Positions 37,111 to 47,500 of a stretch of 64,000 bases of DNA are shown piece after piece (position 1 is the first letter of the stretch; every line of letters starts with the position of its first letter). The translations under genes and the position numbers were made by a program. The DNA comes from an uncultured Clostridia bacterium (GTDB taxonomy: Bacteria; Bacillota; Clostridia; TANB77; CAG-508): positions 4,730-68,729 of the forward strand of contig CANRBI010000001.1 of the NCBI GenBank assembly GCA_947628775.1, read 5' to 3'. Below the pieces are notes generated by a model. It was not told the origin of the DNA. It worked only from the letters and a program-made list of their open reading frames with translations, and did not search any database.

Positions 37111-37188
37111 TTTTAATGTATAAAAAACCTAAGTAAGTAAAAATTAAATATTAAGGGACAATAATAATGCGAGAAAGGAGTCATCTTT

Positions 37189-37941
37189 TTGTCTATTAAG
37201 ATGAAAGATTTACCAGAGTCAGAAAGACCTTATGAAAAATTAGAGCTATATGGAGAGCAAAGCTTATCAAATGCAGAGTTATTAGCAATTATAATAAAAA
37301 GTGGAACAAAAGATGAAACCTCAGTTCAAATAGCACAAAGGATATTAAAATTAAGAGGAACTTATGAAAAGGACAACCTATCATTTTTAAGAGAAATAAG
37401 TTTAGAACAATTAAAACAAATAAAAGGAATAGGAAAGGTCAAAGCCATACAAATAAAAGCACTATGTGAAATAGCAATAAGAATGTCAAAACCAATTAAT
37501 TACAAAGATATAATAATAAAAAAGCCTCAGGATATTGCGCAAATGGTGTTAAATGAATTATCTCATGAAAAAAAAGAAATTGCAAAAATTATATTATTAG
37601 ACAATAAAAACAGAATTCAAAAAATTAAAGATATATCAACAGGAGGAGCAAACTACGTTAATGTAAATATAAAAGACATTGCTATTGAAGCACTAAAAAT
37701 ATCAGCAACAAGGGTAATTTTAATACATAATCACCCAACAGGTGATTCAAGGCCAAGCACAGCAGATATTAAATTTACGCAAAAACTATATACAGCACTT
37801 GAATTATTTGAAATAGATTTATTAGACCATATAGTTATTGGAAATATGGAATATACAAGCATATATGAATACATAGAAAAATTAAAAAGAAAATCACCTA
37901 AAGAACTGGCAACAATGTTAAATAATAAGGATGTTGAATAA
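37189..37941 (+). CDS. radC: RadC-like JAB-domain protein (UPF0758).
   Basis: MKDLPESERPYEKL...LSNAELLAIIIKSGTKDE... and the JAMM motif HNHPTGDSRPSTAD. TTG 37189 is 12 nt after the RBS aaaggag. An alternative ATG at 37201 gives the typical MKDLP start. Confidence 0.8.
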   Translation: MSIKMKDLPESERPYEKLELYGEQSLSNAELLAIIIKSGTKDETSVQIAQRILKLRGTYEKDNLSFLREISLEQLKQIKGIGKVKAIQIKALCEIAIRMSKPINYKDIIIKKPQDIAQMVLNELSHEKKEIAKIILLDNKNRIQKIKDISTGGANYVNVNIKDIAIEALKISATRVILIHNHPTGDSRPSTADIKFTQKLYTALELFEIDLLDHIVIGNMEYTSIYEYIEKLKRKSPKELATMLNNKDVE

Positions 37942-37959
37942 GAAAGGAAATGTGGTAAA

Positions 37960-38991
37960 ATGAAACTTTTTAAACTAGGTTCAAAAGATATAGGAATTGA
38001 TTTAGGAACAGCAAATATATTAGTAACAATTAGAGGAAAGGGTATAGTATTAAAAGAACCATCAGTAGTAGCAATAGATAGAAAAACAGGAAATATAGTA
38101 GCAACAGGTCAAGATGCAAAAGATATGCTTGGAAGAACACCAGAACAAATAAAAGCAGTAAGACCATTAAAAGATGGAGTTATAGCAGATTTTACGGCAA
38201 CTCAATTAATGCTTAAAAATATAATTCAAAAAGTAGATAAAAAATATAATTTAGGAAAACCTAGAGTAGTTGTAGGAGTACCATCAGGAATAACAGAAGT
38301 TGAAGAACGAGCAGTTGAAGAATCAGTTATGCAAGCAGGAGCAAAAGAAGTATATCTAATAGAAGAGCCAATGGCAGCAGCTATAGGAGCCTCATTAGAT
38401 GTAGCAGAACCAAGTGGAAGTATAATAGTGGATATAGGTGGAGGAACAACAGAAGTAGCAGTTATATCACTAGGAGGAATAGTAGTAAGTAATTCATTAC
38501 GTATAGCAGGTGATGAATTAGACGAAGATATTATAAACTATGTAAAAAGAGAAATGAATCTTGCAATAGGAGAAACAACATCAGAACAAATAAAACTACA
38601 AATAGGATGTGCAATGCCACTTATGACTGAAATGAGTATGGAAATAAGAGGAAGAGATTTAATAGATGGATTTCCAAGAAATGAAAGAATCACATCAGTA
38701 GATGTTGAAGCAGCAATAAAAGAGTCTATTAGCAAGATTGTTGAAGTAGTAAAAGCAACACTAGAAAAAACACCACCAGAACTTTCATCAGATATTATGG
38801 AAAAAGGAATAGTACTTGCAGGTGGAGGAGCACTAATTAAAAATTTAGATAAATTACTTAGTATAGAAACAGGTATGCCAGTATATATAGCAGAAGACCC
38901 ATTAGATTGTGTAGTTAGAGGAACAGGCAAAACACTAGAAGATTTAGAAAATCTAAAATCTGTACTAATAAATGCTAGAAAAAGAAGATAA
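37960..38991 (+). CDS. mreB: Rod shape-determining protein MreB.
   Basis: DIGIDLGTANILV...VVAID...PLKDGVIADF...EEPMAAAIGA...DIGGGTTEVAVISLGGIV...LAGGGALI are canonical actin-like MreB motifs. The mreC and mreD genes follow. Confidence 0.9.
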   Translation: MKLFKLGSKDIGIDLGTANILVTIRGKGIVLKEPSVVAIDRKTGNIVATGQDAKDMLGRTPEQIKAVRPLKDGVIADFTATQLMLKNIIQKVDKKYNLGKPRVVVGVPSGITEVEERAVEESVMQAGAKEVYLIEEPMAAAIGASLDVAEPSGSIIVDIGGGTTEVAVISLGGIVVSNSLRIAGDELDEDIINYVKREMNLAIGETTSEQIKLQIGCAMPLMTEMSMEIRGRDLIDGFPRNERITSVDVEAAIKESISKIVEVVKATLEKTPPELSSDIMEKGIVLAGGGALIKNLDKLLSIETGMPVYIAEDPLDCVVRGTGKTLEDLENLKSVLINARKRR

Positions 38992-39015
38992 ACTTCGATT
39001 GAAAGGAATGTATAT

Positions 39016-39846
39016 ATGTACAAAAAAAACAAAGCTGGAATTATAGGAATTATTATTACAATTATTGTTTTAATATTAATTGTAATATTTTCAAATGGGG
39101 AACGAAATACGTCCTTTTTTGAAAATGTAGTTAATAAGTTAGTTATGCCTATACAAAATGGATTAACATATCTAAAAAACAAAACAAATGGTAATGATGC
39201 ATTTTTTGCAGATGTAGAAGCACTAAAAACAGAAAATGATAAACTAAAAAAGCAAAATAGTGAATTAGAACAATCTTTAAGAGAACTAGAAAACATAAAA
39301 ACTGAAAATCAAACACTAAAGGAATACTTAGAACTAAACCAAAAATACAGTGAATACAAAACATTACCAGCATATATCATAAATAAAGACATAAGCAATT
39401 ATTCTAAAACAATAATAATAAATGCAGGAGCAAAAGATGGAATAAAAGAAAATATGACAGTTATAGCAGATAAAGGTCTAGTAGGTCATGTTATATCTGT
39501 AACTGACAGCACAGCAAAAGTACAAACAATAATAGATACATCAAATTCAGTAAGTTGTATGATGAGTACAAATAAAGATAGTATAGTATGTAAAGGAACA
39601 TTAGAAAATAATACTGAATTAAAAGGAGTTTATTTACCAGCAGATGCAAATGTAATACAAGGAGATAGTGTAGAAACATCTGGATTAGGAGGAATATATC
39701 CAAAAGGAATACATGTGGGAACAGTAAAAAGTGTAAGTTCAGCAAAAAATATAACAGATAGATATGCCACAATCGAAACAGCTGTTGATTTTAGTAAATT
39801 AGACACAGTTTTAATAATTATAAATAATACAATATCAGAAGAATAA
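39016..39846 (+). CDS. mreC: Rod shape-determining protein MreC.
   Basis: N-terminal TM anchor, coiled-coil LKKQNSELEQSLRELENIKTEN, and a C-terminal β-domain (GLVGHVISV...KGIHVGTV). Position matches the mreBCD operon. Confidence 0.8.
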   Translation: MYKKNKAGIIGIIITIIVLILIVIFSNGERNTSFFENVVNKLVMPIQNGLTYLKNKTNGNDAFFADVEALKTENDKLKKQNSELEQSLRELENIKTENQTLKEYLELNQKYSEYKTLPAYIINKDISNYSKTIIINAGAKDGIKENMTVIADKGLVGHVISVTDSTAKVQTIIDTSNSVSCMMSTNKDSIVCKGTLENNTELKGVYLPADANVIQGDSVETSGLGGIYPKGIHVGTVKSVSSAKNITDRYATIETAVDFSKLDTVLIIINNTISEE

Positions 39847-39871
39847 TTACCAAAAAGAAAGGATTTTTATT

Positions 39872-40405
39872 TTGAAAAAAATATTAATAAATGTAACTTT
39901 AATAATACTATTTTTCATTTGTTATTTTTTACAATCCAATTTTTTTAATTGGTTTACAATAGCAGGAATTATGCCAAACCTATTTGTTATGCTAATAGTA
40001 TTTATAGGACTATTCGGAAATAAATTTATGGGTTCTATATATGGAATAGTAATTGGATTTATATTAGATTATTTATTTAGAAGTACTGTAGGAATAACAC
40101 CAATAGCTTTAGGGCTAGTTGGACTAATCGCCAAAATATTTGACAAAAACTTTTCAAAAGATAGTAGAATTACAATTATGATGATGGTAGCATTTTCTAC
40201 AGCTCTATTTGAAATAATATGTTATATAGCAAGTTATATCGTATATACAACAAATATGGAAATTTGGCAATTTGTTAGAATATTAGTAATAGAAGTAATA
40301 TATAATGTTATTTTAACAGTAATAATATATCCACTAATACAAAAATTTGGATATTATATTGAAAATGAATATAAAGGTAATACAATACTTACAAAATATT
40401 TTTAA
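39872..40405 (+). CDS. mreD: Rod shape-determining protein MreD (TTG start).
   Basis: 177 aa polytopic membrane protein immediately after mreC. RBS aaagga lies 8 nt before TTG 39872. Confidence 0.65.
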   Translation: MKKILINVTLIILFFICYFLQSNFFNWFTIAGIMPNLFVMLIVFIGLFGNKFMGSIYGIVIGFILDYLFRSTVGITPIALGLVGLIAKIFDKNFSKDSRITIMMMVAFSTALFEIICYIASYIVYTTNMEIWQFVRILVIEVIYNVILTVIIYPLIQKFGYYIENEYKGNTILTKYF

Positions 40406-40431
40406 ATGAAACAAACTATGGAGGTGCAATA

Positions 40432-42552
40432 TTGTTTAAAAGGATAAAAAAACCACCAAAAGTTAATACTAAATTAAGATTTAATTCTTTAACTGTATTT
40501 ACATATATTATAGGTATAATTTTAATAATCCAATTATTCAATTTACAAATAGTGCATGGAGCAGAATATAGAGAACAATCAAATACAAGATTAACACGTG
40601 AAACTGTAGTAGAAGCAGCAAGAGGAACAATAATGGATAAATCAGGCAATTTATTAGTCTCATCAAATATAAAATTTGATTTAGAGTTATATAAAAGTAA
40701 AATAGATACAAAACAGCTAAATGAAACCATATTAAATATAATAAATGTACTAGAAAAATATCAAATAAGTTATCCTGATTCATTACCAATAAATATAGAA
40801 CCATATGAATTCAAACTAGAAGGAGAGAATTTAACCAATTGGCTAAAGGGCCAGGAACTACCAGAAAATATTTCAGCAGAACAAGCATTTAATGAATTAA
40901 AATCAAAATATAAAATAGAGGAACAAGATATTTATCAAGCAAGAAAAATAATGTGTATAAGATATGAAATAACAATGCAAGGATATAGTAGTACAAAAGC
41001 ATTAGTATTAGCAAAAGATATTCCAAGAGAAGCTGTAGCTGAATTTTCGGAGAGTTCAGAAAAATTCCCAGGAATTAATATAGTAGTACAACCAGAAAGG
41101 GAATATCCAAAAGGAAGTTTAGCATCACATATATTAGGTTATGCATCTAAAATAGGACAAGATGAATATAATGAAAAAAAAGATATATATGATCAAAATG
41201 ACATAATTGGAAAAACAGGTATAGAATATGTATTTGAAGAATATTTAAGAGGAAAAAAAGGAGAAAAACAAATAGATATGGCTGTTGATGGAAGTATCAC
41301 AGCAGAATATACAGCACAAGAAGCACAATCAGGTTCAGATATAATATTAACAATAGATGCAAATTTACAACAAGTAACTGAAAATGTAATAGCATCAAAT
41401 TTAGAAAAAATCAGAAATGGAGGATTTGGAAAAAGATATGATGCAATTTCTGAATCATGTGTAGTAATGAATGTAAAAACAGGAGAAATACTTGCATTAG
41501 CAAGTTATCCAAATTACAACCCATCTGATTTTGTTGGAGGGATAAGTTCAGAAAATTGGAATAAATATATCACAGATGAATCAAAACCATTAGTCAACAA
41601 AGCAATACAATCTTCATATTCACCAGGATCAATATTTAAAATGGTAACAGCAATAGCAGGATTACAATCAGGAGTAATAAATTCAAAAACAGTAATAAAT
41701 GATACAGGTGTATATACAAAATATGCAAAACAAGGAACAAGAATGAATTGCTGGTATTATACAGATTATCATAGAGGTCATGGGCCACTTAATGTAATAG
41801 GGGCAATAGAAAATTCATGTAACTATTTCTTCTATGAAACAGCAGATAGAATGCAAATAGATACTTTAGACCAATATGCAAAATACTTTGGATTAGGAAC
41901 AAAAACAGGGGTTGAATTACAAGATGAAACAGCAGGAGTTTTAGCAAGTAAAGAAGCAAAAGAAAAAATGCATCCAACTGAACCAACATGGGGACCAGGA
42001 GATACATTAAATGCAGCAATTGGGCAAGGAGATAATGAATTTAGTCCAGTGCAAATGGCGAAATATATAAGTATGTTAGCAAATGGTGGACAAAAAATAG
42101 ATGTAAGTATAATAAAAACAATTAGAAATGCAAATGGAACAGAAGAATCTAGAGAAAATATTAATAATTTTATAAAAAACAAATTAAATTTACCAGATGA
42201 AGAACAACTTGATATTAGTATAGACCCACAAAATTTAAAAGTAGTATTACAAGGGATGCGTTCTGTTACAGAAGAAGGAACAGGAGCATCAGTATTTCAA
42301 GACTTTGAAATACCAGTAGGAGGAAAAACAGGTTCAGCAGAAGCACCAGGAAATAAAGTTAATGCATGGTTTGCAGGTTTTGCACCATTTGATAATCCTG
42401 AAATTGCAGTAGTAGTAATGGCAGAAAATGGTGGACATGGTTATTATACAGGAGAAGCAGTAAAACAAATTATGAGAGAGTATTTTGGAATGAACATACA
42501 AAATGTAACTGAAAGTGTAACAGCAATTCCATACACAGAATCAATGCGCTAA
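40432..42552 (+). CDS. mrdA: Penicillin-binding protein 2 (elongasome transpeptidase), TTG start.
   Basis: N-terminal TM anchor, PBP dimerisation domain, and transpeptidase motifs SPGSIFK (SxxK), SCN and KTGS/KTGT. It sits downstream of mreD, as for mrdA/pbpA. RBS ggaggtg precedes TTG 40432. Confidence 0.8.
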   Translation: MFKRIKKPPKVNTKLRFNSLTVFTYIIGIILIIQLFNLQIVHGAEYREQSNTRLTRETVVEAARGTIMDKSGNLLVSSNIKFDLELYKSKIDTKQLNETILNIINVLEKYQISYPDSLPINIEPYEFKLEGENLTNWLKGQELPENISAEQAFNELKSKYKIEEQDIYQARKIMCIRYEITMQGYSSTKALVLAKDIPREAVAEFSESSEKFPGINIVVQPEREYPKGSLASHILGYASKIGQDEYNEKKDIYDQNDIIGKTGIEYVFEEYLRGKKGEKQIDMAVDGSITAEYTAQEAQSGSDIILTIDANLQQVTENVIASNLEKIRNGGFGKRYDAISESCVVMNVKTGEILALASYPNYNPSDFVGGISSENWNKYITDESKPLVNKAIQSSYSPGSIFKMVTAIAGLQSGVINSKTVINDTGVYTKYAKQGTRMNCWYYTDYHRGHGPLNVIGAIENSCNYFFYETADRMQIDTLDQYAKYFGLGTKTGVELQDETAGVLASKEAKEKMHPTEPTWGPGDTLNAAIGQGDNEFSPVQMAKYISMLANGGQKIDVSIIKTIRNANGTEESRENINNFIKNKLNLPDEEQLDISIDPQNLKVVLQGMRSVTEEGTGASVFQDFEIPVGGKTGSAEAPGNKVNAWFAGFAPFDNPEIAVVVMAENGGHGYYTGEAVKQIMREYFGMNIQNVTESVTAIPYTESMR

Positions 42553-42587
42553 AAAATACACAAACTAAAAAGGAGAAGGATGTAGCA

Positions 42588-43199
42588 ATGAAAAATATAA
42601 TAAGTGTAAATTTAAAAAAGGATCAGACGATATTTAAAATATCAGAAGATGCAGAACAAAAAGAAATATTGCAAGTACTAAAAAAGAAATTACCAGAACT
42701 AAAAAAACTATATAAAGGTGCTAAAACACCAATAAAAGTTACAGGAAAAGTTCTAAAAAATAAAGAAGTAGATCAAATACAGGCATTGATACAAGAAAAA
42801 ATGGATGTTGATATAACATTTGATACTCCAAAAGCGTTAGGATTAGCAAGTATAAAAAGGACATTTGATAAAAATATAGCTCTTTCTGAAACAAAATTTC
42901 ATAAGGGATCACTTCGTTCTGGGCAAAAATTAGAAACAGAAGGAAGTATAGTAATTATAGGAGATGTAAATGCAGGGGCAGAAGTTATAGCATCAGATAA
43001 TATAGTTGTTTTAGGTAGTCTTAGAGGATTAGCACATGCAGGGGCTAAAGGCAATAAAAAAGCAATAATAGCTGCAGGCTTACTAGATGTAGTACAAATC
43101 AGAATAGCCAATATTATAAAAGAGGTAAACCGAGATGAAGAGCCTCTACACAGACAATCATATGTTAGTATCATAGATGACAGAATTATTATAGAATAA
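42588..43199 (+). CDS. minC: Septum site-determining protein MinC.
   Basis: C-terminal β-helix region IVIIGDVNAGAEVIASDNIVVLGSLRGLAHAGAKGNKKAIIAA is typical of MinC. RBS aggagaagga precedes ATG 42588. No minD/minE follows. Confidence 0.75.
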   Translation: MKNIISVNLKKDQTIFKISEDAEQKEILQVLKKKLPELKKLYKGAKTPIKVTGKVLKNKEVDQIQALIQEKMDVDITFDTPKALGLASIKRTFDKNIALSETKFHKGSLRSGQKLETEGSIVIIGDVNAGAEVIASDNIVVLGSLRGLAHAGAKGNKKAIIAAGLLDVVQIRIANIIKEVNRDEEPLHRQSYVSIIDDRIIIE

Positions 43200-43566
43200 G
43201 TAATAAAAAAAGACATATATATAATAAATCATCTTTTACACCTTCTTGATACAAAAAAATCAAAACACAAATAATAATAATATCATCTATATATAGCTTA
43301 ATACCAAACATTTCAAATATAGGTTGTTCGATATCATTAAAAGCATCAAAATTAAAATTTAAAGGGCCAAATGAAAATAAATTAGAAATCGTATTACTAT
43401 TTTTAGTAATATGATTTTTTTCTTCTTTAGAATTATCTGTATTTTTAGTATTATTGTTATTAAAAATAGGATTAGTATTTTTAATAATTTTATCACCGTG
43501 AGTGATAAAATTACGTGGAACATGTGAAAAATAGCGGTATCTGGAAAATGGAAAATAAAAAGCCAT
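43189..43566 (-). CDS. Hypothetical N-rich small protein with a C-terminal hydrophobic segment (uncertain gene).
   Basis: 125-aa ORF overlapping the minC 3' end by 11 nt, with low complexity. Could be spurious. Confidence 0.25.
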   Translation of the reverse strand: MAFYFPFSRYRYFSHVPRNFITHGDKIIKNTNPIFNNNNTKNTDNSKEEKNHITKNSNTISNLFSFGPLNFNFDAFNDIEQPIFEMFGIKLYIDDIIIICVLIFLYQEGVKDDLLYICLFLLLIL

Positions 43567-43569
43567 AAT

Positions 43570-44160
43570 TTAATCATTCTCCTGACTAGAATTAAAATTA
43601 TTTTTAAATAAATCAGCCATTTTAGCCATATTTAACATATTTATGTAATTATCCATTTTTCCTTTTTTGCTATCTCTTAAATAAGGTTTGAGAGCATTTA
43701 ATAGATTTTGGCGAGAATCATTTTGATTAGAATTATTTAGCTTTGATGCCATTTTCATAAGCATATTAATGTCAATATTGTTAAAATTAGTATTATTAGA
43801 ATTCATTTCATTAAATCTGTTACTCTGAGTGTTATTAACATTTGCTTCATTCAAACAATTAGTATTATCAGTAGTATTATTGCAATCATAATTAACACTA
43901 TTAATACTATTTTCTAAACATTTATTGATATTATTACTATCATTTACACTACTACAACTACTATTATTACTGTTACTATTTGCATTTATATTACTATTTT
44001 TAGTATTATCATTTTGGTTTTGACTTAACATTTTAGAAAAATTTTGTATCATATCAGGAGGAATTTGAGAAACAGCTTCATCAAATTTACCATTTTCAAT
44101 TAATTTCTTTATATTATTCATAGTATTTTGATTAAAATTATTTTCCAAATAAATCACCAC
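43570..44160 (-). CDS. Hypothetical Asn/Ser-rich protein (196 aa) with structured N- and C-terminal segments and a 4-Cys low-complexity core.
   Basis: Long minus-strand ORF in an otherwise + strand region. GTG start without a clear RBS. Ordered-looking termini: KLIENGKFDEAVSQIPPDMIQNF and NLLNALKPYLRDSKKGKMDNYINMLNMAKMADLF. Confidence 0.4.
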   Translation of the reverse strand: MVIYLENNFNQNTMNNIKKLIENGKFDEAVSQIPPDMIQNFSKMLSQNQNDNTKNSNINANSNSNNSSCSSVNDSNNINKCLENSINSVNYDCNNTTDNTNCLNEANVNNTQSNRFNEMNSNNTNFNNIDINMLMKMASKLNNSNQNDSRQNLLNALKPYLRDSKKGKMDNYINMLNMAKMADLFKNNFNSSQEND

Positions 44161-44406
44161 TTTCTGAAAATTTTATTATTGAAAATAACAATAATTTGGA
44201 TATTTAACTTGTAAATTATCATTATGTTATAAACTATTAAATAGAAACTACCAAGCTAAAAATTAATTTTTTAATATAATATGATTATTACTAAAAAAAA
44301 TGCGTGTCCTAAGGCAATAAACGATATATAAAATAAGGGAAATTTAGAAAATAAATCAAAAATTGACATAAAAACTTAAAAAATACTAAAAAATGTTAAA
44401 AAAACA

Positions 44407-44435
44407 TTGAAAAAACTTTAAATTTCATGTATAAT
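44407..44435 (+). promoter_or_regulatory. Sigma-A-type promoter (TTGAAA-17-TATAAT) for the A2-B2 surface-protein pair.
   Basis: ttgaaa at 44407-44412, a 17-nt spacer, tataat at 44430-44435, about 70 nt upstream of ATG 44505. RBS taggagg. Confidence 0.55.
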
Positions 44436-44504
44436 ATAATATGAGGGGGATTTTATACATAACCCAGATAAAATCAAAACGATAAATATTTAGGAGGCGT
44501 TAAT

Positions 44505-47500
44505 ATGAAAGAGAGAATTACAAGAGCAATAATAGCTAGCTTGTTAATTTTAGCAATGACAATGTCTAACTTTATATTGCTAGGAATCACTGCAGTAACA
44601 TATGCAGTTGATAGTATTACTCAAGATAAAACGACTAATAATAAAAATGTAGAATTCATGGCATATTTTAAAGATTCAAATCAAAACATAATATCTAGTC
44701 GAGAAATAAAAATGAATGAAACTGATTTAAAACTTTATTTTAAAATAGCTGTAAAACGTGAAGGTTATTTCAATGGACAAGTAGAACTTTCTAACAGTAA
44801 TTTTAAAATAAATGAAACAAACTTGGAAGAAAAAGGTATTTCAAAAATAGAAGGGAATACAATATACTTAAATCAAATTAATGCAGGAGAAGAAAAAGAA
44901 TATGAAATAGGAATAGAACTATTTAAAGATGATATGTATGATTTAAGTATGTTACAAAAAGATTCACAAGTTTCTATTAGTGGTACCTATAAAGATAGCA
45001 CTGAAAAAGATATAAGCATAGAAGCATCTAGAACTGTAACTCTTAAATTAATGGAACCATATGCAGATAATGAACAATCACCAGTATCATTAGAACAAAA
45101 AGTAATAACAAATAAAGTATATGATTCAAATGGTAGAAAAGTTAGAGTTCTACAAGTGCAGATTGATGCAAAATTATTAGATAATAATTATCCTATAAAA
45201 AGTGCTAAACTAGAATTAACAGCACCAAAGGTAAATAATAAATATCCTGAAATAGTTGAACTTGTAACACCAGATGAATTAATGACAAATGGTAAAAAAC
45301 TAAGTGAAGACCAATATAAATATGATAAAGGAACAGGATTACTTACAGCCACAGTAGAAAATACTGAAACAGATGGAAAAGTAGTATGGACTAAATCAGG
45401 TACAGATACATATGTTGTTACATATATATTTAGTGAAGAAGAATCTATTCAAGATCAAAGATTAATAGCAAGTGTAAAATATGAATTATATAATGATAGT
45501 AAAACATCATATACAAAAAATATAGAAACACCTATGATGAGTGGTGAACTAGATTCTACAATAGAAGTAAAAACAGATAGTACTGATGAAATATATAAAG
45601 GAAAATTATATGCAGGACTTGAAAAAGAATATTCACAAAATATTCATATTCAAGTAAATACATATGGAATAGCAGAATCAATATATGTAGCAGAAGATAT
45701 TAGCCAAATGAGATTACAAACATATACAAAACAAATAAAATTAAATAAGGATAATATGATATCAATACTAGGAGATGATGGAAAAGTTACAATCTTAAAT
45801 AAAGCAACAAGTCAAGTGATATCAGAAATTACTAAAGATAGTCAAGCAAATGAACAAGGAAATATAACAATTGATATACCAGCAAATATACCAGAAATTG
45901 CTATTCAAACAACAAAACCAACAAGTGCTGGAGTATTAGATATAACATCAATCAGAGTTATAGCTGCAAATGCTATAAATACTGTAAAAAGCATAAATGA
46001 ATTACCATATGTAATTAAAGGAAATTATATGATTGGTAATATAGAAAATGCAATTAAAGAAGTATCATCAAATATAGAATTAAAAGAAACACAAACTTCA
46101 GCAAGACTAGAAGTTAATAAAGAAGAACTTTCAACAATGACAACAAATAAAAATGTAGAAATGAAAGTTATATTAGAAACAGCAAATGAAAGTCAAGAAT
46201 TATACAAAGCACCAACAATACGTGTTACACTACCAGATAAAATACAAGATATACAAATTAACGCCATTAATTTAATAAATGAAGATGAATTACAAATAGC
46301 ATCAAAACAATTAATTGGAAAAACAATAGAAATACAACTACAAAATGAACAAACAAAATACAAAGACATAGCAGTAGAAGGCGCAGAAATTCTTATATCA
46401 GCAGATTTAACACTTGACAAAAAAGAAACAAACTCAACAGAACAAATCACATTAACTTATACAAACCAAAAAGCAGTAAACTATAAAGAAGGAGCAGATA
46501 TAGGAACAGATTCTAAACCAATAAATATAGTTTCATATGCAGGAATTGTTACAGTAAATGAAATTTCAGATTATGGAATTCAAACAATAAACAATGACGG
46601 AACAAAACAAGGAAAACTAGAATTAGGAAAAGAAGCTAAAACTACAACTATAAAATCTGAAATATATAACAACCAAGATGCAAAAATAAATAATGTAAGA
46701 ATATTAGGAACATTCCCAACACAAGGAGCATCTGATGAAAATAATATTGAAACAAGTGTAAGTAAAATAACATTAGAAGGACCAGTAGTATCTCATGAAA
46801 ATGAAAATATAATTGCAGAAATTCTAGCAAATCAAAAAGCATATTATACAGAAAATGAAAATGCAGATACAGACCTAGAAAATCAAGCAAATCAATGGGA
46901 AGAAACAATAAAAGATCCATCAAAAGTAAAAAAATACATGATAGTGATAGATAGTTTAGATATAAAAGATGAAATATCTTTTGAATATAATTTAACAGTA
47001 CCTGCAAATTTGGAATATAACCAAACTGCAAAAACAGGATATGACATATACTACACTATAGACACAGCAAATGTAGAACAAGTTGTAAATACAGATAAAT
47101 TAACTTTAGAAACAGGTGTAGGACCAATAGTAAATGCAGAATTACAAGCGACAGTTGGAGGACAAGAAATAACAGAAGTTAAAAAGGGAGAATTTATACA
47201 TTATACAATAACTGCAAGAAATACAGGTTCAGAACCAGTAGAAAATGTAAAACTTATAGGAGAAGTACCAGAGGGTACAGTATATATTGAAGAAGTTATA
47301 TATTCAAATGATTCTGATACTGAAAGCGGAGGAACATTTGACCTAAATAATCGTTTTAGTGAAGACTTAAATAAAACTCAAGTAGAGTTTACAGTAGAAA
47401 AATTAGATGTAGGGGAGCAAGTAGTTAAAACATATGATGTAAAGGTAAAAGATGTAACATCTAAAACAGCAGAAGCAAAAGTGAATATACAGTATGGAGA

